A stretch of DNA of 64,000 nt from Psammoneis japonica (lineage: Eukaryota): positions 62,001 through 126,000 of the forward strand of contig QPGO01000173.1 of the NCBI GenBank assembly GCA_008632985.1. Reading direction: 5' to 3'. The notes beneath the pieces were generated by a model, which ran no database searches, was not told the origin of the DNA, and saw only the letters and a list, made by a program, of their open reading frames with translations. A program made the position numbers and the translations under genes. Shown piece after piece: positions 45,501-57,970 of this stretch (the stretch's first letter is position 1; every line of letters begins with the position of its first letter).

Positions 45501-46393
45501 GCCTTTAATGCTTGTGCCCGTGTCGGTTTGAAGGGTTGCAACTCTTGTCCTCGTGCTCCAAACCTCGCAGCACTCGATCACAAAAGACTTGATTCTTTAA
45601 AAGTGTCCCGTACGCATAGTCCCACGCCGCCTTGCGTGAATAAAAGGTACGTTCTTTATTGGGTGACATCCACTTGAGCGTCACCGTGGGAATGGCGTAT
45701 TCTTCACAATTCCATGCCACCTGTGACAACATGGACACTTGTCGTTCTTGCAAATCGGTACTCTTGGCGTGTGTTTCCCATTCTTCGTTTCGAACTTGTT
45801 GGGATTCACGTTGTGTCTTGCCACTGTACTGCAAGAGCCTCTTGTTGGGAGCGTCGGGGATTCGTTCCAAAAAGTGTGGCAACACGGCCAACTCGAGTTG
45901 TCCGCGGTACCAACGAAAGAGTGGTGATTTTTGTTGCTTCTTCTTGGAGGATGATTCCGATACCTTGACTGTGACATTCCAAGGTCGTTGTCCGTAAAAC
46001 GGCAAGAGCTCTGTTTCCTTTTCTTGCAGCGCACAGGCGGTGTGTGTGTAAACTTCCTCGCGTGTTTGCTTGGAAAAGAGATACACCAACTCTCGGCGAT
46101 TGGATGACTTTTGTTTGGATGTGAGCTGTGATAACTTGTAGGGGACAATGTACACCTTTTCGTCTGTAAAAGGACACAGAATGTACTGTTCCTGAATTAT
46201 ATAAATATGTGAAGTAGCCATGTGTTAGAGCTTGCATACCGATTTTTGCGAGAGATAAAGTGCCGCTGACGACCTTGCAACAGCATAACTGATAAGATCG
46301 TAATGAATCAAGCTCCAATTCATTGAAGCATGAAATTACCTTTTTCGGCGGCTCTGCCTTTTTGTTTTTCTTTGCAGCCTTCTTCTTGGGCAT
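42541..46393 (-). CDS. Large nuclear-type protein: MBD-like motif, two split HMG-box-like regions, C-terminal PhyH-like 2OG-Fe(II) dioxygenase; intron 46192-46339; several frameshifts
   Basis: Exon 1 MPKKKAAKKNKKAEPPKK spliced to EQYILCPF; WMSPNKERTFYSRKAAWDY; TLADADKELKLKWRTLDEKDKEEW and TLKDAEHELRREWKTLPEEIHNKW; QVYHQDG, NGPTEFCLGTH, FDYRLGHRGLGN; joining the upstream ORFs needs frameshifts near 45560, 45350, 45195 and 45005. Confidence 0.7.
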
Positions 46394-46777
46394 TTTTGCA
46401 GAAAACAAGATTTCGAGGTTGTTATGCAGAGAGGTGTGTATGTTTTGTTGCGTCTGAAATGCCACCGAAAATGACGATTCGAAATCAAAGCTCAACAGGG
46501 ATACTCTATGGCACTCGATGCGTACAGTATCCTTAAGACGTTGTATAAGGAGAAGAGACGTAAAAAGAGTGCAACAACAAAGACGAAGTTGCATAGCCGT
46601 GTTCAATGTTGATGTCAACGGACACGCGGAAATGATGCCGCGATGATTTCTGTTCGGATTTCGCACCCCAAAAAGCGAGCTCGTGCCTCGTACAAAAGTC
46701 ACGTAGAATCTACATTAACGTCTTGCGAGTAAATTAGATACTACGAAATACCTAACAATTGTCATAATTTAAAAGTA

Positions 46778-47139
46778 TGGGGACATCCCGAATAAATTTA
46801 GCCAGTGGCTAAAAACCTCCTGTAGAATTATACGCATTTCTCCTGGTATGCGATTTATTTAATGATAACGCCTTTTAACGCCACCCCATTGTTTTCTTTT
46901 ATATACATATAATTATTTTTAGTTTTTTGTTTTTGTATTTATTTTTAGAGGCATAAAAGCTAAAGGATTTATATTAACGAACGTTATAGTTAGCAGAAAA
47001 CCGTTACAGATATGACATTTATAGGCTCAGTAAAGTGGATAGTAAATATTTTTTGTGTAGAAAATATACTAGCGTACAAACCTGGTATGTGTCTACACAA
47101 GATTTTAGCCACTGGCTAAAATCATTCGGTATGTCCCCA
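46778..47139. mobile_element. 362-bp MITE with 37-bp TIRs and TA flanks (Tc1/mariner-like)
   Basis: TGGGGACATCCCGAATAAATTTAGCCAGTGGCTAAAA ... TTTTAGCCACTGGCTAAAATCATTCGGTATGTCCCCA, 34/37 match; AT-rich interior. Confidence 0.9.
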
Positions 47140-47141
47140 TA

Positions 47142-49052
47142 GCAAATTTCTTTTACAATTTTTGAGTCAACCTCAACAAAAGTTCAACAAAATTTGCGAG
47201 CTTCGCTCTCGTACACATGTACGTACGGCTAGTACTCTGACGTCATGTGATGGCGGCAAGAATCATCAAAACTGATTCCATCAAACCAAAACGAGCAATG
47301 ATCGTCTCATTGCGACGAGGAAATGGAAGCAGGAATGCTGTAGACTACACAATATACAATGCAGAATGACCCTGCGGATCAAAGGGCTTCTGCCCGTATT
47401 ACCATTAGGGCACACAGAGAGCTCGGAATGACACGTGCGCGGCTTCCCGACCCATCTTACGTGGTGCATGCCTAGGGCATCCAGTTTGGTTCCGCGAAGC
47501 TGGACTGCAGCAATTCTTCAATGGTGACGACATCACTGTATCAATACGATTTATTGAGGCGAGTAGGAGGTACAGACCAATTTGCATTTGCTGATTTTGT
47601 CAACCAGGTGCTGTCTTCAATCGAGGCGAACCCAATTGCCGGTTTGGACGACCCACCGAATTGTGATGTGGGACAATCTCAACTCGCATCTCACTCCACT
47701 CGTAACCCAAACAGTGGAGGGTCGCAATACTCCAGGACATCACTTTCAAATAACCCAGAGACCACCCTACTAGCCCAAGGATGGTCCTGTGGAGTATGCT
47801 ATTTGCCAGATCCTCACGGACCGGCTTTTTTCCCATCAACAGCCTCCACGATCTGGAGCAACAAATAATCTACACGGTTGCCGCCCAAGAGTTGCACGGT
47901 ATTGCTAATACCTTCCACAACTGTGGCTACATTTGGAACTAGTGTGATAGAATAAGAAAAAATAGATAGAGGCCAACTCTACAATACTTTTTACTACTCG
48001 ATAGAATGTCAATCCAACATCGACTAGTATTGATAGCTTGTGCTACTACCGGTATCGTGAGAGGTGCCAACAAATAGATACTATTTTTCAATCAAGTCTA
48101 CCATACAGCCTATTGCTCTATTGGATATAGTAGCAAATCCTGCAATGCCAAGTCTCAAGTCCTTCCGCGGCGATGTCATATTAGCTCCTGCTCTCGTCGC
48201 TACCTTGACTGGCGTCCATCATGCCATTCCTAATGTTGTCTCCAATGATACCTTGTAGTATTTCAAGCTGCCTCTGTGGTGCAGCCCTAGTAGCCTGAGT
48301 CTCAAAATCATTTAGATGCTTTTCAAGGTAGGCATCCTTCATGATTTTGGTTCTCTGGATACAGAGAAATAGAAATCACAGTATCAGTAGAGCCACAATC
48401 AAAAGAATATGCAAACAATACTACCTTCAATAGACTTGCCTCGTGCATTGCGTAGCTTTCATCGCATGGGCAGCAACAAATGGCACAAGAACACATCCGT
48501 CCAGTCTGCGTTCCAGCTGCGTTTGCGCGCCGCCGCCGTCGCACCCGATATTTTGAGATTGTGGATCTCGGCGACAGCATGCTCCTCTGTCCGGTCCTTG
48601 GAAGTTAGCCTTTACAGGCCTCTCCATAAATGCTACCAATAGCTTGCGTTTGTTTTCTATCTTCATCACACTGCTTCCTTTCAGTGCGGTGAAGCCGATG
48701 TCGTCTTCAACACGACGACTCAACACGACCCTGCAGCTCAACCGACGTCTGCTCGGTGGCGGTTGAGTAGACGCTGCAGATTCATCCCCGGTATGATTGG
48801 GGATGCCTCTCGTGCCTGTATTGACAATAGAAATGTTTGTTGGGAGCTGTGACATTGTTTATCAAGAGTATAGACAAGACGAGCAACGCCATCGTCAACC
48901 TTGACTGCGGATAAATTCTGGTGTTTTTCTTGGTCTGCCAGTCGTCAGAATCGAGTGTACTGAGAAGTCGTAGGTTCTACGTGATGCCGAAACCGCGCCA
49001 CTTTAGTTGAACTTTTGTTGAGGTTGACTGAAAAATTGTAAAAGAAATTTGC
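47142..49052. mobile_element. 1.9-kb non-autonomous TIR element, 47-bp TIRs, TA flanks
   Basis: GCAAATTTCTTTTACAATTTTTGAGTCAACCTCAACAAAAGTTCAAC (47142-47188) vs 49006-49052, 46/47 match; no recognisable transposase ORF inside. Confidence 0.9.
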
Positions 49053-49111
49053 TACTTTTAATTATGACAATTGTTAGGTATTTCGTAGTAAGTCTTGCAA
49101 TAAATAAATAA

Positions 49112-49938
<827 letters not shown>

Positions 49939-50000
49939 TTTTAAGAGTGAGCACAAGTTATTATTGTACAGGTTATTCGTTTACAGGATGCAACTCCAAT

Positions 50001-51806
50001 TTATGTAATTGTAAGAATGTAACTATGCAATAAACAGCATCCTTGATGCAATTTGTGTAGTATATATACAACGTCACGCCTTGACACGGCGCGACGGTGG
50101 AATGGAAGAGAAGCATTCGTATTATGATTCAATCGTTGTTGCACTTGAGCTCGAACAGCCAAATTTTGAATCTTGCGCTGATAGGCTTGGGCCGCTCCGG
50201 GCGTCGCTCCCTGTTCCACGGTCAAAGTACAAAAGAATCCCATGGGCACTTTGTTTCTCGCGTGTGTTTGAACGCCCGCACCACACTTGCCACAATCTTG
50301 AAAGACGCACTTGTTGCCAAAACCCAGCTCGCCGTGTTCGCCACGCGTCTTGCCACATGTGGAGCAAATTTTGCGAAAGGAAAGGGATTTGGGTAAATCG
50401 CAAAGTGGTGGCGGCGGTGGAGGTGGAGGAACATGAGCATGGTGATGATATCCATAGGGTGGTGGTGGGGGAGGTGGAGGATAACAGGGTGGTGGTGTGA
50501 TTTGGTCGTGACTTACAACCGACGGTGTCGGAGAAGGCTCGGACGAGACGACTGGTAGGACATGATGTTCTTGTTGCTCGACTGTCGGAGAGAGAGCGTG
50601 GCGCTTTCTCGGTGTGTCATGAGGAGATGAGTCATCCAGCTTGCGTTTGCTGCTCGGTGCGTCTTCTTCCGACTCTTCCGTAGACACTTTGCGAACCACC
50701 GGTATCGGGAGCACCAGTTTTCTTGTTGCCAAAGAGCTCCGTCATGGCCACGGCTGCCATAATGGCCATGGAATCATCCTCCTTCGTAGTCTTGTTGTTC
50801 TCCTTGTCCTCGTCTTGAATCTTTGTTGCCGGTGTGCTGTGACGTGGTGGAGAGTGATGCAAGGGCGGCGAGACGCGGGGACTTGCAAAACTACTCGGTC
50901 GGACTTGTTGTCGGTGTGGCTCTGCTGCATACCGCGGCTCATATGGTGGTGGTGGGTAGACTTGAGGAGGAGGTGACGCTCTCATTGTGGCTCGAGGAGC
51001 AGGCTCTGCTGCTGCATGTTCCTCGTCGCTCGGCTTGTTTTTGCAATTAATGCACCGACACATGTCTCCACATCGAGCACCAAAATGAAAGCACTCACAA
51101 TACTTTTTGAGACAATTGCTTCGCCGACACTTGCATCCCGACTTGTGCTTGCGCGTCGGGGTAAAAGACGAGGGTGCCACAACATTTCCTTTGGTTTGTA
51201 CACAACATGCTCTTGGTCTTGTTTGACAAACTTGTCTTGAAAGGCACAGGGGTTGCGTTCCAAAATGATGCGCCGTGCGTCTTCAATGGCGGGACCTTGC
51301 AGAGTCGTATTGTGACAGGCTTGACAGCGGCAACGGGGACCACATGTGACGGACGATGCAAAGCATTGACAGTACAGCTTAAGACACTTGCTCTTTTTGC
51401 AAGTACAGCCAGCCGCGTTTGCAAAGTCCAACTCAAACGATGATGATGGAGGCGAAGGAGCGGGTGGTTGTTCTCCGTAATAGTGAGAGTAGGACGGAGG
51501 AGGAGGTGGTGGCGGCGGTGGGCCTTGATGATAGGGTGATGGAGGAGGGTGGTGGTAATAATGTGGAGGAGACTCGACATAGCCTCGAGGTGGAGGAGGA
51601 CCATGAGGTGGCGGTGGAGGACCCCGCACATAGTTCTGATGGGGAGGAGGAGGCATATGAAAAGATGAAGGACTACGTCTCATCGTTTCCAACGGCGGAT
51701 TGGGACCTCGTCTTTCGTCCGGACTAGCACCGCCAATATCTGGTCTTTTGCCCATGGTGTGAGGCGGAGAATGAAAGGGTTGCTTTGGTGGTGGATGCCA
51801 AGTCAT
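50001..51806 (-). CDS. Tesmin/TSO1-like CXC (CRC) domain transcription factor with C-terminal Cys/His finger; frameshifts near 51185 and 50730; 3' end uncertain
   Basis: CTCKKSKCLKLYCQCFAS...C.CQACHN, ILERNPCAFQDK linker, GCKCRRSNCLKKYCECF...C.CINCKN. Confidence 0.9.
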
Positions 51807-52587
51807 GGTATGGAAACGATAAATGAGACACTTCTTTCTTCTTGTTGAAAGGAGAAAGCAAAACAGTGTGGTGGCGTTGCCTGTTTGCTGTTTGCGTGAC
51901 TTGCCCCATCATTTTTTGTGGTCGTTTGATTTTAGAAAAGAGTAATGATTATCTTGGTCTATGAAGCTTTGAAAACCATTTTGATCAGTTCAACGGAAAT
52001 CATTATCTGATACATAGGATTTTTCTTTTAACAGTATCGGTATGTTTCGCCATTTATTTAGGCGCCAACTCAGTTTCTTCTACTAAACGTTTCCATACAA
52101 GATTTGCGTAATTTTGTCTAACAGACTCCATGTACTAAATCTGTGATACTGCAAATATTTCAAAATTCTACTATCACTATTTAAATGCACCTGTCCAAAA
52201 ATTTGGTTGATCATTGAAATATATTTATGATTGAATACATTAGTAAAATAATTAATCGTCAAATTTTAACATCTGTATATCATTCGAATTCCTAAACGCA
52301 CAGGCTAGTATAAAGTTTCGCGCCAAAATTTGGATTGAAATGTATCCAGCTCTGACGGATATTATCATGTTACAGTGTCAGTCAGTCTGATCCATGGGTG
52401 TCTGTGGTTTGACACGGATTTTCTTTGTGCGATGTTTTTGGGCGACAGCGAATGACGTGTGCGTTGTTCTGATTTGCGAATTCGTGACACCCCTTCACCA
52501 AACTTCCGCGAAACAACTTCGCGTATCTTTTCTTTCACGGATTCTCAATTCTCAGTCATTATCCTATTATCATCACAATACTAAAGC

Positions 52588-53154
52588 ATGAGTGCCACTG
52601 TCTTATCTCCCTTGGCAAAGGCTTTTGAGCCGACCTTTCATCCCCAAGCTCCCGAGTTTGCCATTTTCAACGACGGCGTTCCGTCGCTCGTTGGTCATGG
52701 TGAACATTGGGAACACATGATTCTTCACAACATTCCCGATGAGGCACTCGACGAGGCATTCCCTCCGACGGCCGAAGAAGTGGCCGAAATGGAGGCGGCG
52801 GAAGAGTTTGTCGAGTCCATGGTGGAGTTTGATATCATGGAACAGCGTGAAGAGGAAGCTCGGTCCTTTGTGCATATCCGCCGGCGTTGGGAGGCTCGTC
52901 GTGAAGACGGTCTTGTTGGCAAACCTCATCCTGCCAGGCATACGCTGCCAGCCAACAAGAAGGCGCACGTCAAGGAAGCGGAGGAGACCGAGATTGTTCC
53001 GTACGATATGCACCGTAGTGCCATGGCGGTTGCCACTCTAGAGAGTCGTCTCCGTTCCAAGGAGGAGGCCAAGCGCCGAAACCATGGTAAGAACAAGCAT
53101 CTCATGGGCCAGCGCGGTATTCATCCGATTCAGCAGCCTTGCAAGGGTAGGTAG
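52588..53154 (+). CDS. Hypothetical protein (188 aa)
   Basis: Strong coding-like codon usage; PAM2-like N-terminus LSPLAKAFEP; C-terminal IQQP. Confidence 0.75.
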   Translation: MSATVLSPLAKAFEPTFHPQAPEFAIFNDGVPSLVGHGEHWEHMILHNIPDEALDEAFPPTAEEVAEMEAAEEFVESMVEFDIMEQREEEARSFVHIRRRWEARREDGLVGKPHPARHTLPANKKAHVKEAEETEIVPYDMHRSAMAVATLESRLRSKEEAKRRNHGKNKHLMGQRGIHPIQQPCKGR

Positions 53155-53827
53155 ACCATTTCATAGGGAAGACCGAGTAGTGGAGACGTTTCCAAGTCTC
53201 CTCCATTTTACAACAAGAAAAACACCACAAAAATTGTACATTATTTGAACAACCAGAACCACCTCCAGAAAAAGTATCTAAAAATATAGTATTCATCTTT
53301 TTCTTATGCTTTCACGTTAGAACTAGAGTTGTCTACAGGACTTATTATGAGCACAGGGTAGTAATTACACTAGCTAGTGATGACTTTGTGACTTGTTCTT
53401 AGAAGTACGTTCTAAGCAATATGCTACAAGGCATTGAGTCCGACCAGATGAACTCCGTCAATCTAGTCTAATTTCTAGCAAGTCATTCAAATTCTAGAGA
53501 GTAGCTAGGAAGACGCGTTCTTTTGTATGGAATGATTCTGCAAAGAAAGATATCACTGCTCAATTGCAATGAAGCCTGTGATTGCAACTTCATGTCAGTC
53601 TTGGTTCCTATCAAGTACGAGCTCTTCCGCCAATGCGTGTCAATCCAAATGCGAAGCTCGAACTCGCGGATTGGTAGTGGATTTCTACGTGCTTGCTACT
53701 GCTCACATTTTTCGGTACTGGGACCACCTGACACAAAAGTGTCAATCCAAATCATGACGCCTAGTGTATCGTCGTTATTCCGCTCATAAAAAAACATCAC
53801 GATTGATCCGACAACAACGACATCACC

Positions 53828-54058
53828 ATGAAAGTTTCCACTGCCGACACTACTACTGATAGCCCCAAGAATCATCACTTGTTCGGACGTTCTCCACCAC
53901 TCCATCCCAAGACGACCTTTGCAAGAAAGAAGAACCAAGAGAAAAAGGGCGTTTGGATCTGCGATCATTGTGGTGCCAATGTGGACAAGTTGAGCAAGTA
54001 CGTGGTGCCCGAAAACGCATCACAACATGCCGAATGTTCCTTATGCTATGACCAGTAG
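53828..54058 (+). CDS. Possible small Zn-finger protein
   Basis: CACC ATG context; WICDHC...HAECSLC. Confidence 0.45.
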   Translation: MKVSTADTTTDSPKNHHLFGRSPPLHPKTTFARKKNQEKKGVWICDHCGANVDKLSKYVVPENASQHAECSLCYDQ

Positions 54059-54269
54059 TATTTCTTTTGGATGCCGTTTTTTGGAGGTTTGTGTTTGTAC
54101 ATTCCTTTTTTAGACAAGAAAGAACATGGCGCAAGAATAACTCCGTGATATGGGGCGCATCGCTATGGATTGGTGTTCTTGGATGTTCTTTTCTTGACCA
54201 CATAGACATGTTTTAACATATAAATCGTGTACATAATAGAGACTTTTACTTAAAGTTTTATTTCTCTAG

Positions 54270-54612
54270 GTTAGACTAGCCTCTACTAGAGATCGGGAGC
54301 GCCAACGCGAAGCTTCCGACTTGTCGGCGTGAGTCCGGTAATGCCGCGGAGTTGCACTCATGTGCATCCTTGGATAGGACCAAAGGTATAACACCATAAT
54401 ATAAAGCCCTTGCAAATGACAGATACAATAAGGCGTGAAGTTAGTCTAGCCTCTAGCTAGAAATAGTGAGCGTCAAGGCGAAGCTTCCCACTTGTCGGCT
54501 TAAGTCCGGCAATGCCGAGGAGTCGCGCTTTTTGTGCATCCTTGGATAGGATCAAAGACAAAATATCGTAATGTAAAGACCACCTAAACAAAAGATACCA
54601 TAAGGCTTGAAG
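54270..54612. repeat. 2 x about 170 bp tandem direct repeat, each unit starting with a CTAG-rich motif
   Basis: GTTAG.CTAGCCTCTA(G)CTAGA...GCGAAGCTTCC.ACTTGTCGGC...TGTGCATCCTTGGATAGGA at about 54270 and 54440. Confidence 0.85.
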
Positions 54613-54864
54613 TTTAAAGTGTACTACACGACGGACTAGAGCTAGGGAGAGACATGGAGAGCTTTCGTTCTCTCGTAGTCTCAAAGTACAGTGATGCCGA
54701 GTAGTCTAGTTTCTATGCAATCGTATTTACCCACCATACAAAAAGGACACGACTGCTCCCATGACCAGCGTTAGAGAGGACATTGAGGAAAACGAATATA
54801 ACGGTAGTTTATCACTAGAAACTTGCGTACTGTAGCATTCATGTAATCTCTATAATACAAATCT

Positions 54865-55697
54865 CTATCGCCGAGACGCTTCTTCTTCTTGTTGTTGTTG
54901 CGAAAGAAACGGCCTTTCATCTGCCATTGCCTTTTGAAAGACATCCGACACACATTTGCGTCCCTTGGTGGGGAACAAGTTTTGTGTCGCAATGGTGGCT
55001 TTTTGTTGAATGCACAAGTTTTGCGGTAGCTTCATAAAGGACGTTTTAAACCCATAACATTCCGCTTGACGTGCGGCTCGTACTTCCGAGTAGGCCAATT
55101 CTTGACAATTTCGTAAATCCAACTTTAATCGCATCACATCGTATATATGAGTGAGCTCGTGTATCAAGACTTGATCCATTTCGTCCGTTGTGCTTAATCG
55201 ATTGCTGCAAAGCACAACCGACAATGGATTCGGGCCCATGACAAAGGCTCGAGCGCTGCCTTCGGGACCGGCATTGCCACAAACGCGGCATTCAATTTTT
55301 AATTTCATTGAATCGTCGTCGTGTTCTTGTTGTTGTTGAATAGAATTGCTGTTGCAGGTGAAGTGGCGAGCGCCTCGTCCATGCCAGACATCCTTGCTGC
55401 CAAGTTGTTTTCCACGCTTGTCTGAGCCGAATTCAAGAAAGTAGTCGTGTAGCGACGTAGCCGTTTTGGTGGAGCAGTCTTGGTATTGTCGGATAGTTGA
55501 ACAGTTACACCATTGTCATGTACTTGTGTCGTTTCTCGAATCATTTGCGTGTCATGAGATGAATTGTTATTGCCAAGAGCACGCAACAACTCCAACGCTC
55601 GAGATGAGGACTTGTCGGATAGCAACACTTTTGTGAGCATTTTTACACATTGTTGACATTGCGATGTGAGACCTGGAGTGTCATTGTCCTTTGACAT
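54865..55697 (-). CDS. ATP23: Mitochondrial inner membrane protease ATP23 (M76); frameshift near 55325
   Basis: VVLCSNRL, VLIHELTHIYD, NCQELAYSEVRAA; upstream ORF 55305-55724 supplies the N-terminus. Confidence 0.85.
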
Positions 55698-56066
55698 GGT
55701 TATTATACACAAAACGCACAACAATGCTTGTTGGCGTGAGAAAGAACAATGAGAGTGTCAACACACACACCAATGTCATCGATGTGGCGGAATTTTTCGT
55801 TCGTGCGTGGTTTCTTGTGCTGATGATTTTGTCGGAAGCCTAAATTCAAATGCAGCATTTTGATTGGCTGGCTTTTTGTTGCTATACGTCATCACGTAGA
55901 AAACATCCGGCAAAGTGTGGGTACGTCATTGGATGGCAAAATTTCGAAACGCAAAAACAAAAAACTCACTCCGACGACGCGAAAGCACGGAGAAAAAATG
56001 GGCACCACGACGAGGCTCAGACACCAACACTTCTTACTGTACTATTCAAGACGAAGCTTGGATCTC

Positions 56067-56897
56067 ATGCATCATCCACTTGTTCTATTGACTCTACTCA
56101 TGATTGCTATTTCAAGAGTATCTTCATCCAGCTACTCTAGATCGTCAACCTTGGCGTTTGTTTCTCGTGCACAGACGACTCCACGACGACGACATCAACA
56201 CATTGTTCAAATGTCGACAACTTCCTCCGATCCAAATGCCCTTTTGGACAAGATTACATTACGAAATGAGTATTGCGCATTACGTCATGGACAATCCATG
56301 GCCAATGTACAACAAATTATATCCTCATCTCCCCAAGTTGCCACGGTCCAACACGGCTTGTCAGACATGGGCCAAGAACAAGCCAACAAGGCGGGTCAAG
56401 ATGTGATTTATCACTTTTCTCAACAAGAACAAAAGCAATACAAGGGAATTGCTGTGATTTCATCGGATTTTTTGCGAGCCAAGGAAACGGCACAATGCGT
56501 CGTGGATGCAGTGTTGAAATGTCCCGAAACAATGGATGTATTGTACAAAAACAAGGTCGTGTTGGAACCGCGTTTACGAGAACGATATTTTGGTTCGTGG
56601 GATGGTGGGTCCGATGACAATTACCACAAGGTTTGGAAAGACGATGCTGTCAATGCAGATCACACTGTAGAAAATGTCGAATCGGTTCATTCCGTCATGC
56701 AACGAACGACGGAATGCATTTTGGAGTACGATGAGCAACTCGAGAATTTTTTGATAATAAGTGTTGCTCATGGAGATGTGTTGCAAATATTACAAACGGC
56801 CTTTTCCAAATTGCATGGCACTCAACATCGTACACTACAACACTTGGAAACGGCAACCTTGCGACCACTCCAATTGGCAAAAACATCGACGCAATAA
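56067..56897 (+). CDS. Histidine phosphatase (phosphoglycerate mutase-like) family protein, probably plastid-targeted
   Basis: LRHGQS, SSDFLRAKETA, LRERYFG.WDG, VAHGDVLQI; signal peptide followed by LAFV. Confidence 0.9.
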   Translation: MHHPLVLLTLLMIAISRVSSSSYSRSSTLAFVSRAQTTPRRRHQHIVQMSTTSSDPNALLDKITLRNEYCALRHGQSMANVQQIISSSPQVATVQHGLSDMGQEQANKAGQDVIYHFSQQEQKQYKGIAVISSDFLRAKETAQCVVDAVLKCPETMDVLYKNKVVLEPRLRERYFGSWDGGSDDNYHKVWKDDAVNADHTVENVESVHSVMQRTTECILEYDEQLENFLIISVAHGDVLQILQTAFSKLHGTQHRTLQHLETATLRPLQLAKTSTQ

Positions 56898-56962
56898 CAA
56901 CAAGAACGAACGAAAATGTGCATGTACTATTTGCAATCTCGTCTTTTTCTTTTCATTCTATT

Positions 56963-57970
56963 TTATCCTCTTCCTTTCGTCATTAACTTTCGCGTCATGT
57001 ACACTCCTGCACCAGCCAAACCGTACCATGTCACGGCGTATCCGGCATGAATCATGGGTGTCACTTTGAATTCTCCAATGCTTGTCAAGGGTGGTTGCAG
57101 TGGCAGTTTCTTTTCATTTTCGCTAGTAGAATTGCTTGTCGTGACGAGCGTCAGCATGCCTACCGGTTATTCTTGTCAGCACCAATATGCTTTTGCATAG
57201 TATCGAGATCCATCCAAAAGAGTTCCAAGGGATGCGTCTTGGACAAGTCGTGTTGGGGTGTCAAAAAGCGGGGTTCTGGAAAATATGTGAGAAGGAAACT
57301 CTTTAACTAAACGTGTACGGTAAACACGACAACAACAAAAACTCACGTTCCATGGGTGACGGTACTCCTACCGCACTGACTTGACCTGTCGGTCTATCCC
57401 ACGAGTTTGGTTGACTTATCAGCCGCTTGGGTACCCAACCCCGATTGAGCAACACGGTCGTGTCGGTTCCATCAATTTTGAGTGGTGTAATTATATAATA
57501 GCCCTATCAAAGAAGTTAAAAAGTCATTAGAGAAAACGTTCGTAATACCATGACGAAAAGCGCTTTTTGACAAACGTAAAGCTCATGAAAAACACAACAG
57601 GTATATCACAAAGAGCAAGACATGCGCGCACCTGCGGACTGCTGCTCATTCCACCGGAACCTCCTCGATTGGCGAATTTTGGACCACCCAAATCCACACC
57701 CGGTGGTGCTCCTCGTGGACCCACTAAAATCTCCTTGTCGTGTAGGTACTGACCAGTGACTAGAACGCGTTGCCACGGTTTTTGTTGAGCAGTAGAATAA
57801 TTACTACGTGGTTCCATGGCTAGCTGTTCTTGTCGTTCTTGCATTTGTTGTTGCTTTTCGAAATATCGACGTGTTTGCCAAACTCCCAATCCAAATGTCG
57901 AGGCACATAGTGAGGCAAAAAATACTTGGCCCGTTCTCGAGAGAGCCGTTTGCGTCGCGGGAGACGCCAT
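56963..57970 (-). CDS. SURF1: SURF1/Shy1 cytochrome c oxidase assembly factor; introns 57504-57631, 57276-57346; frameshift near 57168
   Basis: TFGLGVWQTRR, GYYIITPL, VLLNRGWVP, LFWMDL, HAGYAVTWYGL. Confidence 0.92.

Larger units (their letters stand above)
46741..49088. mobile_element. Outer TA-flanked inverted-repeat element (35/34 bp arms) enclosing two further elements
   Basis: CTACGAAATACCTAACAATTGTCATAATTTAAAAG (46741-46775) vs CTTTTAATTATGACAATTGTTAGGTATTTCGTAG (49055-49088); TA at 46739-40 and 49089-90. Confidence 0.85.

Noticed and set aside
52315..52340. E2F-like TTTCGCGC site and CHR-like TTTGAA motifs upstream of the CXC gene
   Set aside because: Short motifs that also occur elsewhere (about 19252, 39278); cannot be told from chance.
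55305..55308. ATGA stop/start overlap suggesting prokaryote-like translational coupling
   Set aside because: Better explained as one ATP23 gene with an indel in the preceding AAC/ACG repeats.
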